Source of the DNA: Candidatus Binatia bacterium | GTDB lineage: Bacteria; Desulfobacterota; Binatia; Bin18 | Length of the DNA stretch: 64,000 bases | Direction: 5' to 3' | Assembly: GCA_963664395.2 (NCBI GenBank) | Contig: OY761159.2 | Location: 4,096,001-4,160,000 of the forward strand | Shown here: positions 29,384-38,795 of the stretch, in pieces | How the letters are laid out: each line of letters opens with the position of its first letter | Position numbering within the stretch: position 1 is the stretch's first letter | Position numbers and translations under genes: made by a program | The notes under the pieces: model-generated | Seen by the model: only the letters and a program-made list of their open reading frames with translations | The model's database searches: none | What the model was told of the DNA's origin: nothing

Positions 29384-29830
29384 ATGAAAAAGGAAAGAAC
29401 CGTTCGGTCAATAGCAGAGCTACGCACCCTGATTCGATCTACTGGGCTGCGTAGCACAGGTCCCCGGGTTGCTGTTTTGCAGCGGCTTCAGCAGGCGACG
29501 ACTCCTATGAGCCATGCGGAGACCGCCGAAGCTCTGGAGCCGGCGGGCTTGGACCGGGCGACGCTCTATCGGAATCTCATTGACCTCACCGACACCGGTC
29601 TCTTGTCGCGAACGGATCACGGCGATCACGTCTGGCGTTTTGAACTGCGTGACACTGCGCACGGCCAGATCGAAAAACATCCCCATTTTACCTGTATTGA
29701 CTGTGGCGAGGTCGAGTGTCTGCCCGATACGAGCATCGAGGTATCCGCACCGCGCCGCTCGCCCCGCGCGATCAAAAAACACCATTTCGAAGTACAGCTC
29801 ACCGGCCTGTGCGACCGCTGCGCGGCCTAG
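29384..29830 (+). CDS. Fur-family transcriptional regulator (probable Zur)
   Basis: GLRST.PR.AVL, RATLYRNL, HPHF.CIDC, GLCDRC; divergent from metal-uptake operon. Confidence 0.9.
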   Translation: MKKERTVRSIAELRTLIRSTGLRSTGPRVAVLQRLQQATTPMSHAETAEALEPAGLDRATLYRNLIDLTDTGLLSRTDHGDHVWRFELRDTAHGQIEKHPHFTCIDCGEVECLPDTSIEVSAPRRSPRAIKKHHFEVQLTGLCDRCAA

Positions 29831-29945
29831 ATGCGGATTGTGGCCGACGCTCAATTTGTGACGGGGTCGCTTACTTTCTGCGCTCAGAGCCGAAGGCTAA
29901 ATCATCTCGCCGCCTTCCGCACGAAGCGGGCCGGCAACCAAAGAC

Positions 29946-31559
29946 CTATACGCCGTGCCGGTCGCGAAGAATGGTCGCGGCCTGTGTGATGGCTGTCAGT
30001 TTTTGTTCGGCAAGCGTAGCTGACGCGATCGGATTATCTGCAAACGTGGCAAAACCGCAGTCCGGCGTCAGGAGTAGACGCTCGGCTCCAAAGAGAGTGA
30101 CCGCTTTTTCCGCTTTAGCGACAATCTGCTCGACCGTCTCAAGGCTTTGCGTCTTTTGATTCACCACCCCAATGCCGATGCGCCGGTCGTCCGGCAGGCC
30201 GCGCAGCACGGCCTCATCGCCAGCCCGAGGCGTGCAGAGTTCCAGCAGGAGCGTACCAACCTTGACGTTTTTCAAGAGAGGCAGCAGCGGCCGGTAGTCG
30301 CCGGCCAGGGCCACGCTTTCATCCGGGGTCCAGTTGCCGCGACAGATGTGCAGCGCCAGCCGTTCTTGCGGCAAGTCGGCGACCACCTGATTAATGAGCG
30401 ATTCGGCAAAGACCAATTCCTCCGCGGCCTCACGCTTCTCTCCCAGCGCGCCACACATAAACGTGCGATTATTTGATGTACCGCTAAAGACGACCTCGGT
30501 CAGGACCGGCTCGTCCAATTGAACCAGCGAGACACCCGCGGCGAGCAGGGAGTAGAGTTCCTCGCGTAGGACCCGAACGACATCCGTGGCGAGTTCTTCC
30601 CGCGTGTCATAGGCCCGGTCGGAGATGCATTCCATCCACATCGTGCGGGTGAGGAGATAGGGGCCGGGCAGGGCGACCTTGAGTGGCCGGTCGGTCAGGC
30701 TGGCAAGAAAAGTTGCCTCGTGAACGGCCAGCGAGCGGCTGCGACCCAGCGGGCCAAACACCGCCGGATGGCGGATTTTGCCGGCCGGGACATCGAGTGC
30801 ACGCAGCTCACGCTCGAATTCTTCGGGGTCATCGACATACGGCAGCAGGTCGGTAATCGGAATCAACTGGCAGTTGTCGAGCAGCCCGCCCACGAAGCTG
30901 GCGTAATTGTCCCGACGCTGCTCACCGTCTGTGAGTACGTCTACCCCGGCCCGTTGTTGGGCGGCGACCGCCAGCCGCACGGCGTCGTCCGCGGTTTGGC
31001 CAAACTCTTCATCTGACATGCGGCCTTCGAGATGATCGTTGAGGGCGCGTAACAGCCAGGGTGGCCGCGGCCAACTCCCGACGCCCATGACAGACAGGGG
31101 GGCAATGGTCGGGGCCGGGGCCGGCTGCGGAAGGCGGTCGGGAATCACGACTTCGGCGATGGGTTGGGTAATCGGTGCGTATTCCTTTTCGTGCGTTGAG
31201 CCATTGCGTGCTGAACGTTGTTTCGCCTTCTTCTTTTTCAACTTTGGCTGAACGGGTGGCTCCGGTTCCACGGAGCGCAGGTTCGCTGCCGGGCCTTTCG
31301 AGACCAGAAAACTGTTCTGCTTGCCCTGGCTGATGTGGGATACCAAGTCGTTTCCGGTCAGCCGACACCAGGCCGGTAGGTCTTCGACGACCGACGTTTC
31401 GGTGGACAGGATTTCGAGCAGTTGGCCTGGAGCAAGGGGGTCGATATGCTTGCGGATCAGTAATAACAGGCCATTGCCACAGTCGAGGTCCCCGCCGTCG
31501 AAACTGTCTATCGGTTGGTATGGGTGCGTCTGCGTATCGGCAGCCATGCTTTTCCCCAT
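29946..31559 (-). CDS. Fusion: TusA/SirA-like sulfur-carrier domain + core cobalamin-independent methionine synthase (Meth_synt_2) domain
   Basis: N-term FDGGDLDCG..LL..IRK....L.PGQ.LEI.S.....EDLPAWCRLTGN; C-term VGSWPRP, TDGEQRR, QLDEP, HICRGN, PDCGF; start may be 31547. Confidence 0.85.
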   Translation of the reverse strand: MGKSMAADTQTHPYQPIDSFDGGDLDCGNGLLLLIRKHIDPLAPGQLLEILSTETSVVEDLPAWCRLTGNDLVSHISQGKQNSFLVSKGPAANLRSVEPEPPVQPKLKKKKAKQRSARNGSTHEKEYAPITQPIAEVVIPDRLPQPAPAPTIAPLSVMGVGSWPRPPWLLRALNDHLEGRMSDEEFGQTADDAVRLAVAAQQRAGVDVLTDGEQRRDNYASFVGGLLDNCQLIPITDLLPYVDDPEEFERELRALDVPAGKIRHPAVFGPLGRSRSLAVHEATFLASLTDRPLKVALPGPYLLTRTMWMECISDRAYDTREELATDVVRVLREELYSLLAAGVSLVQLDEPVLTEVVFSGTSNNRTFMCGALGEKREAAEELVFAESLINQVVADLPQERLALHICRGNWTPDESVALAGDYRPLLPLLKNVKVGTLLLELCTPRAGDEAVLRGLPDDRRIGIGVVNQKTQSLETVEQIVAKAEKAVTLFGAERLLLTPDCGFATFADNPIASATLAEQKLTAITQAATILRDRHGV

Positions 31560-31568
31560 GCTCCGTTT

Positions 31569-31601
31569 CCCTCTCCCTCTGGGAGAGGGCCAGGGTGAGG
31601 G
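31569..31601. repeat. REP-like palindrome, copy 3 (between dsrE and tusA-metE)
   Basis: ccctctccctctgggagagggccagggtgaggg. Confidence 0.75.
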
Positions 31602-31628
31602 TCTTTCTTAATGGAGTGAGAGTCTTCC

Positions 31629-31991
31629 CTAATACGACACGCTCGGCGTCCCGCCGGCCAGAAATTCGACCAGTTTGGCGCCGCCAACAATCTTGGCCCC
31701 CGGAACAAGGTTGTTCTCATCCAGACCGCGTTTCTTAAAGCACGGCGAGCACACATATATCGTACCGTCGGCTTCGGCAAAATTGGTCATCAGTTCTTTG
31801 AGCGGCGCAAAGCCGTCCTCATGCATATCGTCGGCATAGCCGCCAACGGCCAAACGCACGCCCTCGGTGCTCAAGAAGACCAGGGTTTCCTGGTCCGAGC
31901 CCAGCGCGGCGTTGGCAATCACAAAGGCGACGGTTGCCTTGTCGGTATTATCCTTTGCGTGGGTCAGTGAGACGCAGAATTGTCCTGCCAT
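31629..31991 (-). CDS. DsrE/DsrF-family sulfur-relay protein
   Basis: 120 aa; A.VAF.IANAA, VFL..EGV.L, IYVCSPC.KKRGL, GA..LVEF; AGGAGG RBS. Confidence 0.85.
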   Translation of the reverse strand: MAGQFCVSLTHAKDNTDKATVAFVIANAALGSDQETLVFLSTEGVRLAVGGYADDMHEDGFAPLKELMTNFAEADGTIYVCSPCFKKRGLDENNLVPGAKIVGGAKLVEFLAGGTPSVSY

Positions 31992-32188
31992 AGTGGGTCC
32001 TCCTTTGCGGTCCTTCTTGAGTCGAGTGTGTATCATACCCAGCCACGCTGACCGAGACAAGAACGCTCGACCGAGCAGAGGAGAGTCCCCTCCCAAGAGA
32101 GAACAGGGACAAGAGGGGCCCATGTTATAGCCCTATCCGCCGGAATCGGCTAAGAGTGTGGGAGCCACGAAAGGAAGAGGAGAATCGT

Positions 32189-33484
32189 ATGGGCGCAGAC
32201 GATACCAACGAACGCAAATACGGCTTTAATACGCGTCAGTTGCACGCGGGACAAATCCCCGACCCAACGACGGGCAGCCGAGCCGTTCCGATTTACCACA
32301 CCACGAGTTATCAGTTTAAGAATACCGAGCACGCGGCCAACCTGTTCGCGCTGAGCGAACCCGGCAATATCTACACGCGCATCATGAACCCGACCAATGA
32401 TGTGCTGGAGCAACGGGTCGCCGCCCTAGAGGGCGGGGTGGGGGGGCTGGCGGCCAGCAGCGGCCACGCGGCGCAGATGATGGCCATCATGGCGCTGTGT
32501 GGCCAGGGTGACCATATTGTGACCAGCAGCCGGCTGTATGGCGGCACGTTTAATCAGTTCGCGCATACCTTCCCGCGCATGGGCATTAGCTCGACCTTTG
32601 TAGACCCGACCAAGCCGGAAGAATTTGAAAAGGCCATCCAGCCCAATACCAAAATTATCTATGGCGAGACCTTGGGCAACCCGGATATTACGGTTTTCCC
32701 CTTTGAGGAAGTGTCGGCCATTTCCGAGGCGCATCATATCCCGGTGATGATCGACAACACGTTTGCCACGCCGTATCTGTGTCGGCCGTTTGAGTGGGGC
32801 GTACATATTGTCACCCACAGCACGACCAAGTTTCTGAGCGGCCACGGCACGGCCATCGGCGGCATGATCGTGGATGGCGGCAATTTTGACTGGACCAGCG
32901 GCCGCTTTCCGAACTTTACCGAGCCGGACCCGTCGTATCACGGCCTGGTATACGCCGACCTCGGGGCGCCGGCCATGATACTCAAATCGCGCGTGCAAAT
33001 CCTGCGCGACGTGGGCGGCTGCCAGGCCCCGTTTGACAGTTTTACGACCCTGCTCGGGGTTGAGACGCTGAGCCTGCGCATGGAACGTCACGTCGCAAAC
33101 GCCCAGCAGGTCGCCGAGTTTCTGGAGAGCCATGCCGGTGTGCATGCCGTGGCTTTCCCCGGACTGGCCAACAGCCCGGACCATGAAAAGGCCAAGAAAT
33201 ACTTACCGCTCGGACCCGGCTCGATCATGGGCTTTCAGATCAAGGGTGGCCGGGCCGCGGGTGAGAAATTCATTAACAGCCTCAAGCTGCACAGCCATGT
33301 GGCCAATGTCGGAGATGCCAAGAGTCTGGCGATTCACCCGGCCAGTACGACTCACAGTCAGCTCAATGAAGACGAGTTGATCAGTGCTGGTGCAACGGTG
33401 GACTTTGTCCGGCTGAGTGTTGGCTTGGAAGATATTGACGACATTATCTGGGACCTGGATCAAGCCTTGTACGCCGCCAAGTAG
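32189..33484 (+). CDS. metY: O-acetylhomoserine aminocarboxypropyltransferase (sulfhydrylase)
   Basis: LHAGQ.PDPTTGSRAVPIY.TTSY, GNIYTRIMNPT, HSTTKF..GHG, HVANVGDAKSL.IHPASTTH.QL. Confidence 0.96.
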   Translation: MGADDTNERKYGFNTRQLHAGQIPDPTTGSRAVPIYHTTSYQFKNTEHAANLFALSEPGNIYTRIMNPTNDVLEQRVAALEGGVGGLAASSGHAAQMMAIMALCGQGDHIVTSSRLYGGTFNQFAHTFPRMGISSTFVDPTKPEEFEKAIQPNTKIIYGETLGNPDITVFPFEEVSAISEAHHIPVMIDNTFATPYLCRPFEWGVHIVTHSTTKFLSGHGTAIGGMIVDGGNFDWTSGRFPNFTEPDPSYHGLVYADLGAPAMILKSRVQILRDVGGCQAPFDSFTTLLGVETLSLRMERHVANAQQVAEFLESHAGVHAVAFPGLANSPDHEKAKKYLPLGPGSIMGFQIKGGRAAGEKFINSLKLHSHVANVGDAKSLAIHPASTTHSQLNEDELISAGATVDFVRLSVGLEDIDDIIWDLDQALYAAK

Positions 33485-33519
33485 GCCAGGGTCGGTTTTG
33501 AGGAGTGACGGGATAGACC

Positions 33520-34734
33520 ATGAGCACGAATGGCTCAGTCGGACTCGTTCAGCCGCAGCGGTTGACTTTCGCTGAGGACGAGCCCTTTCAGTTGGACAGT
33601 GGGGCCACCCTTGGTCCGGTGACCTTGGTGTATGAAACCTACGGCCAACTCAACGCCGACCGGACCAATGCCATCCTGATTACGCACGCCCTGAGCGGCA
33701 GCGCGCATGCGGCCGGCTACCATCAGCCGGACGAGGCCAAAGCCGGCTGGTGGGACGACTGTATTGGACCGGGCAAAGCGTTTGACACCAATAAATTCTT
33801 TATCATTTGCAGTAATGTCCTGGGCGGCTGCTACGGCTCGACCGGACCGTCAGACCCCGACCCGGCGACCGCCAAACCGTACGGCATGCGTTTCCCGGTC
33901 GTGACCATTGGGGACATGGTGCGCGCCCAGGTCCGGCTGATCAATTACCTGGGCATAGACACCCTGCTGTGTGTGGCCGGCGGCTCCATGGGGGGTATGC
34001 AGGCGCTTGAGTGGGCGGTGCATCATCCGCACCGGCTGAAAGCCGCCATTCCTATTGCGACCACGGCCCATCATAGCCCGATGCTGATTGCCCTGAGTGA
34101 GGTGGGGCGGCAGGCGATTTATGCCGACCCGGCCTGGAATAATGGGGACTATTATGACGCGGAACTCAAACCCGATGCCGGTTTGGCGGTCGCCCGCATG
34201 GTGGGTCATATTACCTATCTGAGCGAAGAGTCCATGCAGCAGAAGTTCGGTCGGCGGCTCCAGGACCAGGTGCGGTATGGCTATGAGTTTCGTTCCGAGT
34301 TTCAGGTCGAGAGCTACCTCAAATACAAAGGCCACAACTTTACGCGCCGGTTTGATGCCAACAGCTATCTGTATGTGACCAAGGCGATGGACTATTTTGA
34401 CCTGAGTGCACAGACCGGCTCGGTGGCGGCCGCCTTTGCCAACTCGGCCGACCTGCGTTACCTCGTGCTGAGCTTTACCAGCGATTGGCTCTACCCGAGC
34501 TATCACAGCAAAGAGTTGGTCAGTGCGCTGACCGCGGCCGGCGCAGACGTGACCTATCTGGATGTCAAAAGCTCGTGGGGTCATGATGCGTTTCTGCTTG
34601 AGGTTGAAACCATGACCAAGTTGCTCAGCGGTTTTCTTGAGCGCCTGGTTCAATCGGAACGGGTGGCCTTCCCGTCCATTTTCCCGCCACCCGCCTCACC
34701 CAAGGAGCAGCCAAAGACCGAGGCCGCAGCATGA
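33520..34734 (+). CDS. metX: Homoserine O-acetyltransferase
   Basis: YETYG.LN, HALSG, IGPGK.FDT, GGSMGGMQ, DWLYP, GHDAFL. Confidence 0.96.
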   Translation: MSTNGSVGLVQPQRLTFAEDEPFQLDSGATLGPVTLVYETYGQLNADRTNAILITHALSGSAHAAGYHQPDEAKAGWWDDCIGPGKAFDTNKFFIICSNVLGGCYGSTGPSDPDPATAKPYGMRFPVVTIGDMVRAQVRLINYLGIDTLLCVAGGSMGGMQALEWAVHHPHRLKAAIPIATTAHHSPMLIALSEVGRQAIYADPAWNNGDYYDAELKPDAGLAVARMVGHITYLSEESMQQKFGRRLQDQVRYGYEFRSEFQVESYLKYKGHNFTRRFDANSYLYVTKAMDYFDLSAQTGSVAAAFANSADLRYLVLSFTSDWLYPSYHSKELVSALTAAGADVTYLDVKSSWGHDAFLLEVETMTKLLSGFLERLVQSERVAFPSIFPPPASPKEQPKTEAAA

Positions 34735-35378
34735 GTGGGGCGGCTGAACAGTTTGCGCCTCCGGTACTATCGAGCGGCAGTCCGGTCCTGCTTCGGTCGG
34801 ATTTGCTCGCCATTGCCGACATGGTTCCGGCCGGGTCGCGGGTTTTGGACCTGGGCTGTGGTGACGGCGCCCTGCTCGAATATCTGGTGCGCAGCAAGCA
34901 GGTGATGGGCCGGGGCGTGGAACGCAGCGAAGACGGGATGCTGGCCTGTGTCCGGCGTGGGCTGAGTGTTCGCCAGGGCAATCTGGAAGAGGGCTTGGCC
35001 GATTACCCGGATGCGAGTTTTGACTCGGTGATTTTGAGTCAGACATTGCCCTTTTTGAACGATCCGGCCATGATCCTGAGCGAGATGCTCCGGGTTGGCA
35101 GCCATGCAATTGTCAGCTTTCCGAACTGGGGCTTTTGGCGCTGTCGGCTCGAAATGCTCTTTGCCGGTCGCATTCCACAGGTGTTTGATCTGGCCGAACG
35201 CTGGCACGAAGCGCCGCGCTGGCAGGCGTTTACGGTGGCTGACTTTGGCGATTTTTGTCACCATTTGGGCTTCGGCATACTGGAAGAGATCTATTTATCC
35301 CGGAGTCGGCGTTTGAAGAGTCTGCGCTATAAAAACCTACGCGCCACCACCGCCGTCTTCGCGTTGCAGCGCTTGTAA
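34731..35378 (+). CDS. metW: Methionine biosynthesis protein MetW
   Basis: R.DL..IA..V..GSRVLDLGCGDG, FD.VILSQTL, IVSFPN.G.WR.R; ATGA overlap with metX. Confidence 0.92.
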   Translation: MSGAAEQFAPPVLSSGSPVLLRSDLLAIADMVPAGSRVLDLGCGDGALLEYLVRSKQVMGRGVERSEDGMLACVRRGLSVRQGNLEEGLADYPDASFDSVILSQTLPFLNDPAMILSEMLRVGSHAIVSFPNWGFWRCRLEMLFAGRIPQVFDLAERWHEAPRWQAFTVADFGDFCHHLGFGILEEIYLSRSRRLKSLRYKNLRATTAVFALQRL

Positions 35379-35405
35379 GGCGCGGTGTGACGTTCTCCAG
35401 CGAAC

Positions 35406-36215
35406 ATGGCCGACACTCGCTCATCTCCCCCTGTTCTCCAACACAAAGCCTACGACCGGCCATCGCAGTTTGTCCCGGAAAATCTGTTGCGCGAAGCGCG
35501 GCGTCAAATGGGCTTGCCAGAAGGCCAGGTGCCGAGCATCTGCGTGCTTGACCCGGACGGGGATATTGTCGCCAGCCTGCTGGACCGGGGTGAAGCGCAC
35601 GAACACGACACCTGGGCCTGTTACCATACGACCTTACACCGGTTCACGCTCAACGGGATCGAGATCGGCATTATCCGTCATGTAGTGGGTGCGCCGTTTG
35701 CCGTTTTGGTCGCTGAGGAATTATTTGCCTCCGGCTGTCAGTTGCTCATTCACGTCACCTCCTCCGGGCAGATTGTCCAAAAAGAAACCCCGCCGTTTTT
35801 TATCCTGGTCGAAAAAGCCCTGCGCGACGAAGGCACGAGCTATCACTACCTGCCGCCGTCTGATTTCTCGTTCTTGAAGCCGGACCTGTTGGAACTGTTT
35901 ACCCGCGCCCTCTCAGATGGAGATCCACCGGTCTATCGTGGAGCCACCTGGACAACCGACGCCCCGTTTCGAGAAACGCGAGAGGCGATTCAGCACGCCG
36001 AACAGCGCGGGATTCTTGCTGTTGAAATGGAAGCTGCCGCCCTGTACGCCTTCGCCCAGGCACGAGGCAAGGCGGTCGTGTGCTTTGCTCATGTCACCAA
36101 TCAGATGGGCCGGGTCGAGGGCGATTTTGAAAAAGGCGAAGGAGCCGGCAGTCGCGACGCCCTGCGGCTAATTGTGGCAGCGGCTCAGGCGTGGCTGGCG
36201 GCTCAGAAGGTGTAA
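35406..36215 (+). CDS. Nucleoside phosphorylase family (PNP/UDP) protein
   Basis: ALRDEGTSYHY, WTTDAPFRET, AVEMEAAA. Confidence 0.88.
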   Translation: MADTRSSPPVLQHKAYDRPSQFVPENLLREARRQMGLPEGQVPSICVLDPDGDIVASLLDRGEAHEHDTWACYHTTLHRFTLNGIEIGIIRHVVGAPFAVLVAEELFASGCQLLIHVTSSGQIVQKETPPFFILVEKALRDEGTSYHYLPPSDFSFLKPDLLELFTRALSDGDPPVYRGATWTTDAPFRETREAIQHAEQRGILAVEMEAAALYAFAQARGKAVVCFAHVTNQMGRVEGDFEKGEGAGSRDALRLIVAAAQAWLAAQKV

Positions 36216-36308
36216 TGATCCCAGTTCCCTATGTACCCCTTTCGTACTGATTGCGAGCCTTTCGCGTCTAGGCTAAAGTAGTCTGAATTCAGACTACTGG
36301 AGGTCTGT

Positions 36309-36587
36309 ATGCGTATCCTGCCGTTAGCTGAAGTCAAAACAAAGCTGAGCCAGTTGGTGGCTGACGTGGCGGCGACTGACGAAGAGGTCACGATTACCAA
36401 AAATGGCCATGCCACTGCCGTCCTTGTGAGCTATGGAGAGTTTGAGAGCTGGCAAGAGACCCTTGCCGTCCTGTCGGACCAAGCGCTAGTCAAAGAGATC
36501 CACACGGGAATACAACAGCTTCAACAGGAACGTGGCAAGCTGCTGACAGATACAGATCTCGATCATCTCTTTTCTGATGAAGCCTAG
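36309..36587 (+). CDS. Phd/YefM-family antitoxin
   Basis: LAEVKTKLSQLV..V......V.ITKNG...AVLVS..EFESWQETL.VLSD. Confidence 0.92.
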   Translation: MRILPLAEVKTKLSQLVADVAATDEEVTITKNGHATAVLVSYGEFESWQETLAVLSDQALVKEIHTGIQQLQQERGKLLTDTDLDHLFSDEA

Positions 36588-36695
36588 CGTGCGCCGGGTC
36601 CGACTCCCACGCGAAGTTCAAGCGGCTGTCCGCACCATGCATCCGGCACTCAAGCAACGTATTCGGGCAGCTTTAGATACACTTCGGGAGGAGAT
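36577..36695 (+). pseudogene. Truncated RelE/ParE-family toxin
   Basis: Overlaps the antitoxin end; RVRLPREVQAAVRTMHPALKQRIRAALDTLREE resembles a RelE N-terminus, then runs into the antisense 3' end of the methyltransferase with no LRSxRVG.xRIIY half. Confidence 0.65.
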
Positions 36696-38303
36696 TCACT
36701 TCTTGAACAGTCCCCCCTGTTGCCCGGTCTCTCGTTTATGCTTGGGCGCTTTTTTGAACGTGACATTGCCGTGCTGGGTTGGCCGATTGACGCCTTTTCC
36801 GAGCAGCAAGTCCGTTACCGTAAAGAGTTGAATATGCGGGTGGCGCGTTCCCCACGGAGACTCATAAAAGCCCGCGCCCATCGCTTCCGTCCGCATGGGC
36901 TTTGTTGGTTCCTGAAGTGACAGCAGGACTCCGATTTCCGCATTCTCCCTCTCGATGACTCCGCGCAAATCTCGCACATGAGGAACGGAAGTCCGCCCAG
37001 CCTTGACCGAAAAGATGATTTGCTTGGTTTTCGCGCCGGCAGCGTCATCATGGAAATAGAGCCGTCCGTCTATGCCTTGATCCGCTCCTTTCTTCTGCTC
37101 AACAGGGCGGGCGCCAACTAACCCCAAGGCCCACCACTGGAATTGAAAGGGATCATCTTTCCCCAATACTTCCGCGTCCGGGAGGGACACCGGTTCACCG
37201 ACCACTTCATAGCTTTGGGTGATTTCATCGCCAAACGTGTCTCGCAAGCGATGCTTGATAAGACCAATAGCGAGATGGGTGATATCAATACCGATCCAGG
37301 ACCGTTGTAATTTCTGGGCGGCGGCAATGGCCGTCCCACAGCCACAAAAGGGGTCTAAAACAATGTCGCCTTCATTGCTGCTGGCTTTGATAATCCGTTC
37401 CAGCAGCGCTTCGGGCTTCTGGGTCGGGTAGCCTAAGCGTTCTTTAGCTTGGGAATTTATAGGGTCAATATCATCCCAAAGAGCCTGAACTGGCCGACCT
37501 TTCATTTCGTCCCAATATCTTTTGCGTCTAATACCTCCGCTCTTGGTGAAATGCAGTCGCCCCTCGGCGTCCAATCGCTGCATCGTTGTAAGGGGAACGC
37601 GCCACAGGGACCGAGCCCCTTTGTATTCGTACTCATATCCGCCGCCGGACAAGCCTTTTGCTGTGAGATTATCATCAGTCCAGGCTCGCCCATCAGAGTC
37701 GGTGAGCCGGAAACGAGCCTTGTATGCGTCGCTGTAGGATTGGTACTGAGGGGTCCAGGTCCAGTGATCACTTTTAGTGTAGAACAGGATGATGTCGGTG
37801 TTCGCGCCATAGCGGTTTGAGTCGCTGTGGGCGGTGGTCCGTCGCCACGTTATCTCATTGCGGAAATTCGTCAGTCCAAAAATCGCATCCAATAGTAGCT
37901 TGAGATAATGCGAAGCGGTTGGGTCACAGTGGAGGTACAGGCTGCCGGTAGGCTTCAGCGCTCGCCGGAGTTCCACCAAGCGCGGTGCCATCATGGCGAG
38001 ATAGGCCAGCATATCGTTATCGCCAAGAAAGCCGCGAAACGATTGCAGCACCTGCGATACCTGCCCACCGGTCTCAACCACTTCTTGATAGGCTTGTGCC
38101 GATGCTTCGTCCCATTGCCACATGTCGCCGAATGCCTTGATCTGAGCGGCTGCCCGTGATCCGTCCTGTTCGGCAAACAGGACGTTGTAGTCCTGGTCAC
38201 TCTTGAAGGGCGGATCGAGGTACACCAAGTCTATTGACTCGTCTTGGATATAGCGCCGTAAGACATCCAGGTTGTCGCCATAGTAGAGTTTGTTTTTGAC
38301 CAT
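36696..38303 (-). CDS. Beta-class N4/N6 DNA methyltransferase with C-terminal Mrr-like nuclease-fold domain
   Basis: LYYGDNL, YLDPPF, LHCD, GYPTQKPEALL.RII, DPFCGCGT; C-term GADQGIDG...IIFSVKAG...DLRGVIERE. Confidence 0.9.
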   Translation of the reverse strand: MVKNKLYYGDNLDVLRRYIQDESIDLVYLDPPFKSDQDYNVLFAEQDGSRAAAQIKAFGDMWQWDEASAQAYQEVVETGGQVSQVLQSFRGFLGDNDMLAYLAMMAPRLVELRRALKPTGSLYLHCDPTASHYLKLLLDAIFGLTNFRNEITWRRTTAHSDSNRYGANTDIILFYTKSDHWTWTPQYQSYSDAYKARFRLTDSDGRAWTDDNLTAKGLSGGGYEYEYKGARSLWRVPLTTMQRLDAEGRLHFTKSGGIRRKRYWDEMKGRPVQALWDDIDPINSQAKERLGYPTQKPEALLERIIKASSNEGDIVLDPFCGCGTAIAAAQKLQRSWIGIDITHLAIGLIKHRLRDTFGDEITQSYEVVGEPVSLPDAEVLGKDDPFQFQWWALGLVGARPVEQKKGADQGIDGRLYFHDDAAGAKTKQIIFSVKAGRTSVPHVRDLRGVIERENAEIGVLLSLQEPTKPMRTEAMGAGFYESPWGTRHPHIQLFTVTDLLLGKGVNRPTQHGNVTFKKAPKHKRETGQQGGLFKK

Positions 38304-38483
38304 CCCGCTCTCCTTAAAGAGTAAGGTATCTGATTGGGGTTTGTGTGTCTCGCTGGTGTCGCAAATCACTCCGATTTGATACATAGGGCAAGCAGAGTAT
38401 CAAAGTGTCATATGGCAGTATTCAGAGGGATTTATCGGGCACGTAGGGGTGGTCAAAAACGTGTAAAAGCCTGGGCCAATACT

Positions 38484-38795
38484 ATGAAAGAACACTTTGG
38501 CTATCGGTGTGAGTATTGCGAAGGAACGGTTCAAGAGAAGCGCGTTGAGCGGGAAGCTTTCAAACACAGAGCCGGTTTTGTCATCCTGGAGGACGTTCTG
38601 ATTGGAGTCTGTGATACGTGCGCCAATCGCTATTATAGCGCCGAAATCCTCAAACATGTTCAGGCTGTCGCAACCGGTAAAATACTCCCGCAGCGTACTG
38701 AGCACGTTCCAGTTTCCCAAGCTCAAAGAGGGCTGTGTATGAAGCCCTCTTTATCAACTCCCTCGAAGGCCGTCAGGATTCCTCCGCAAAAATGA
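38484..38795 (+). CDS. YgiT/MqsA-type zinc-finger protein
   Basis: CEYC...FVILEDV.IGVCDTCANRYYSAE. Confidence 0.8.
   Translation: MKEHFGYRCEYCEGTVQEKRVEREAFKHRAGFVILEDVLIGVCDTCANRYYSAEILKHVQAVATGKILPQRTEHVPVSQAQRGLCMKPSLSTPSKAVRIPPQK

Noticed and set aside
31992-32188. SAM/SAH riboswitch upstream of metY
   Set aside because: Short stems exist (CTCCCA/TGGGAG, GCCG-GAAT-CGGC), but the SAM-I core (AUC-AAGAG, GCAACC, GUGC) and SAH consensus are not recognisable; an Rfam scan would settle it.
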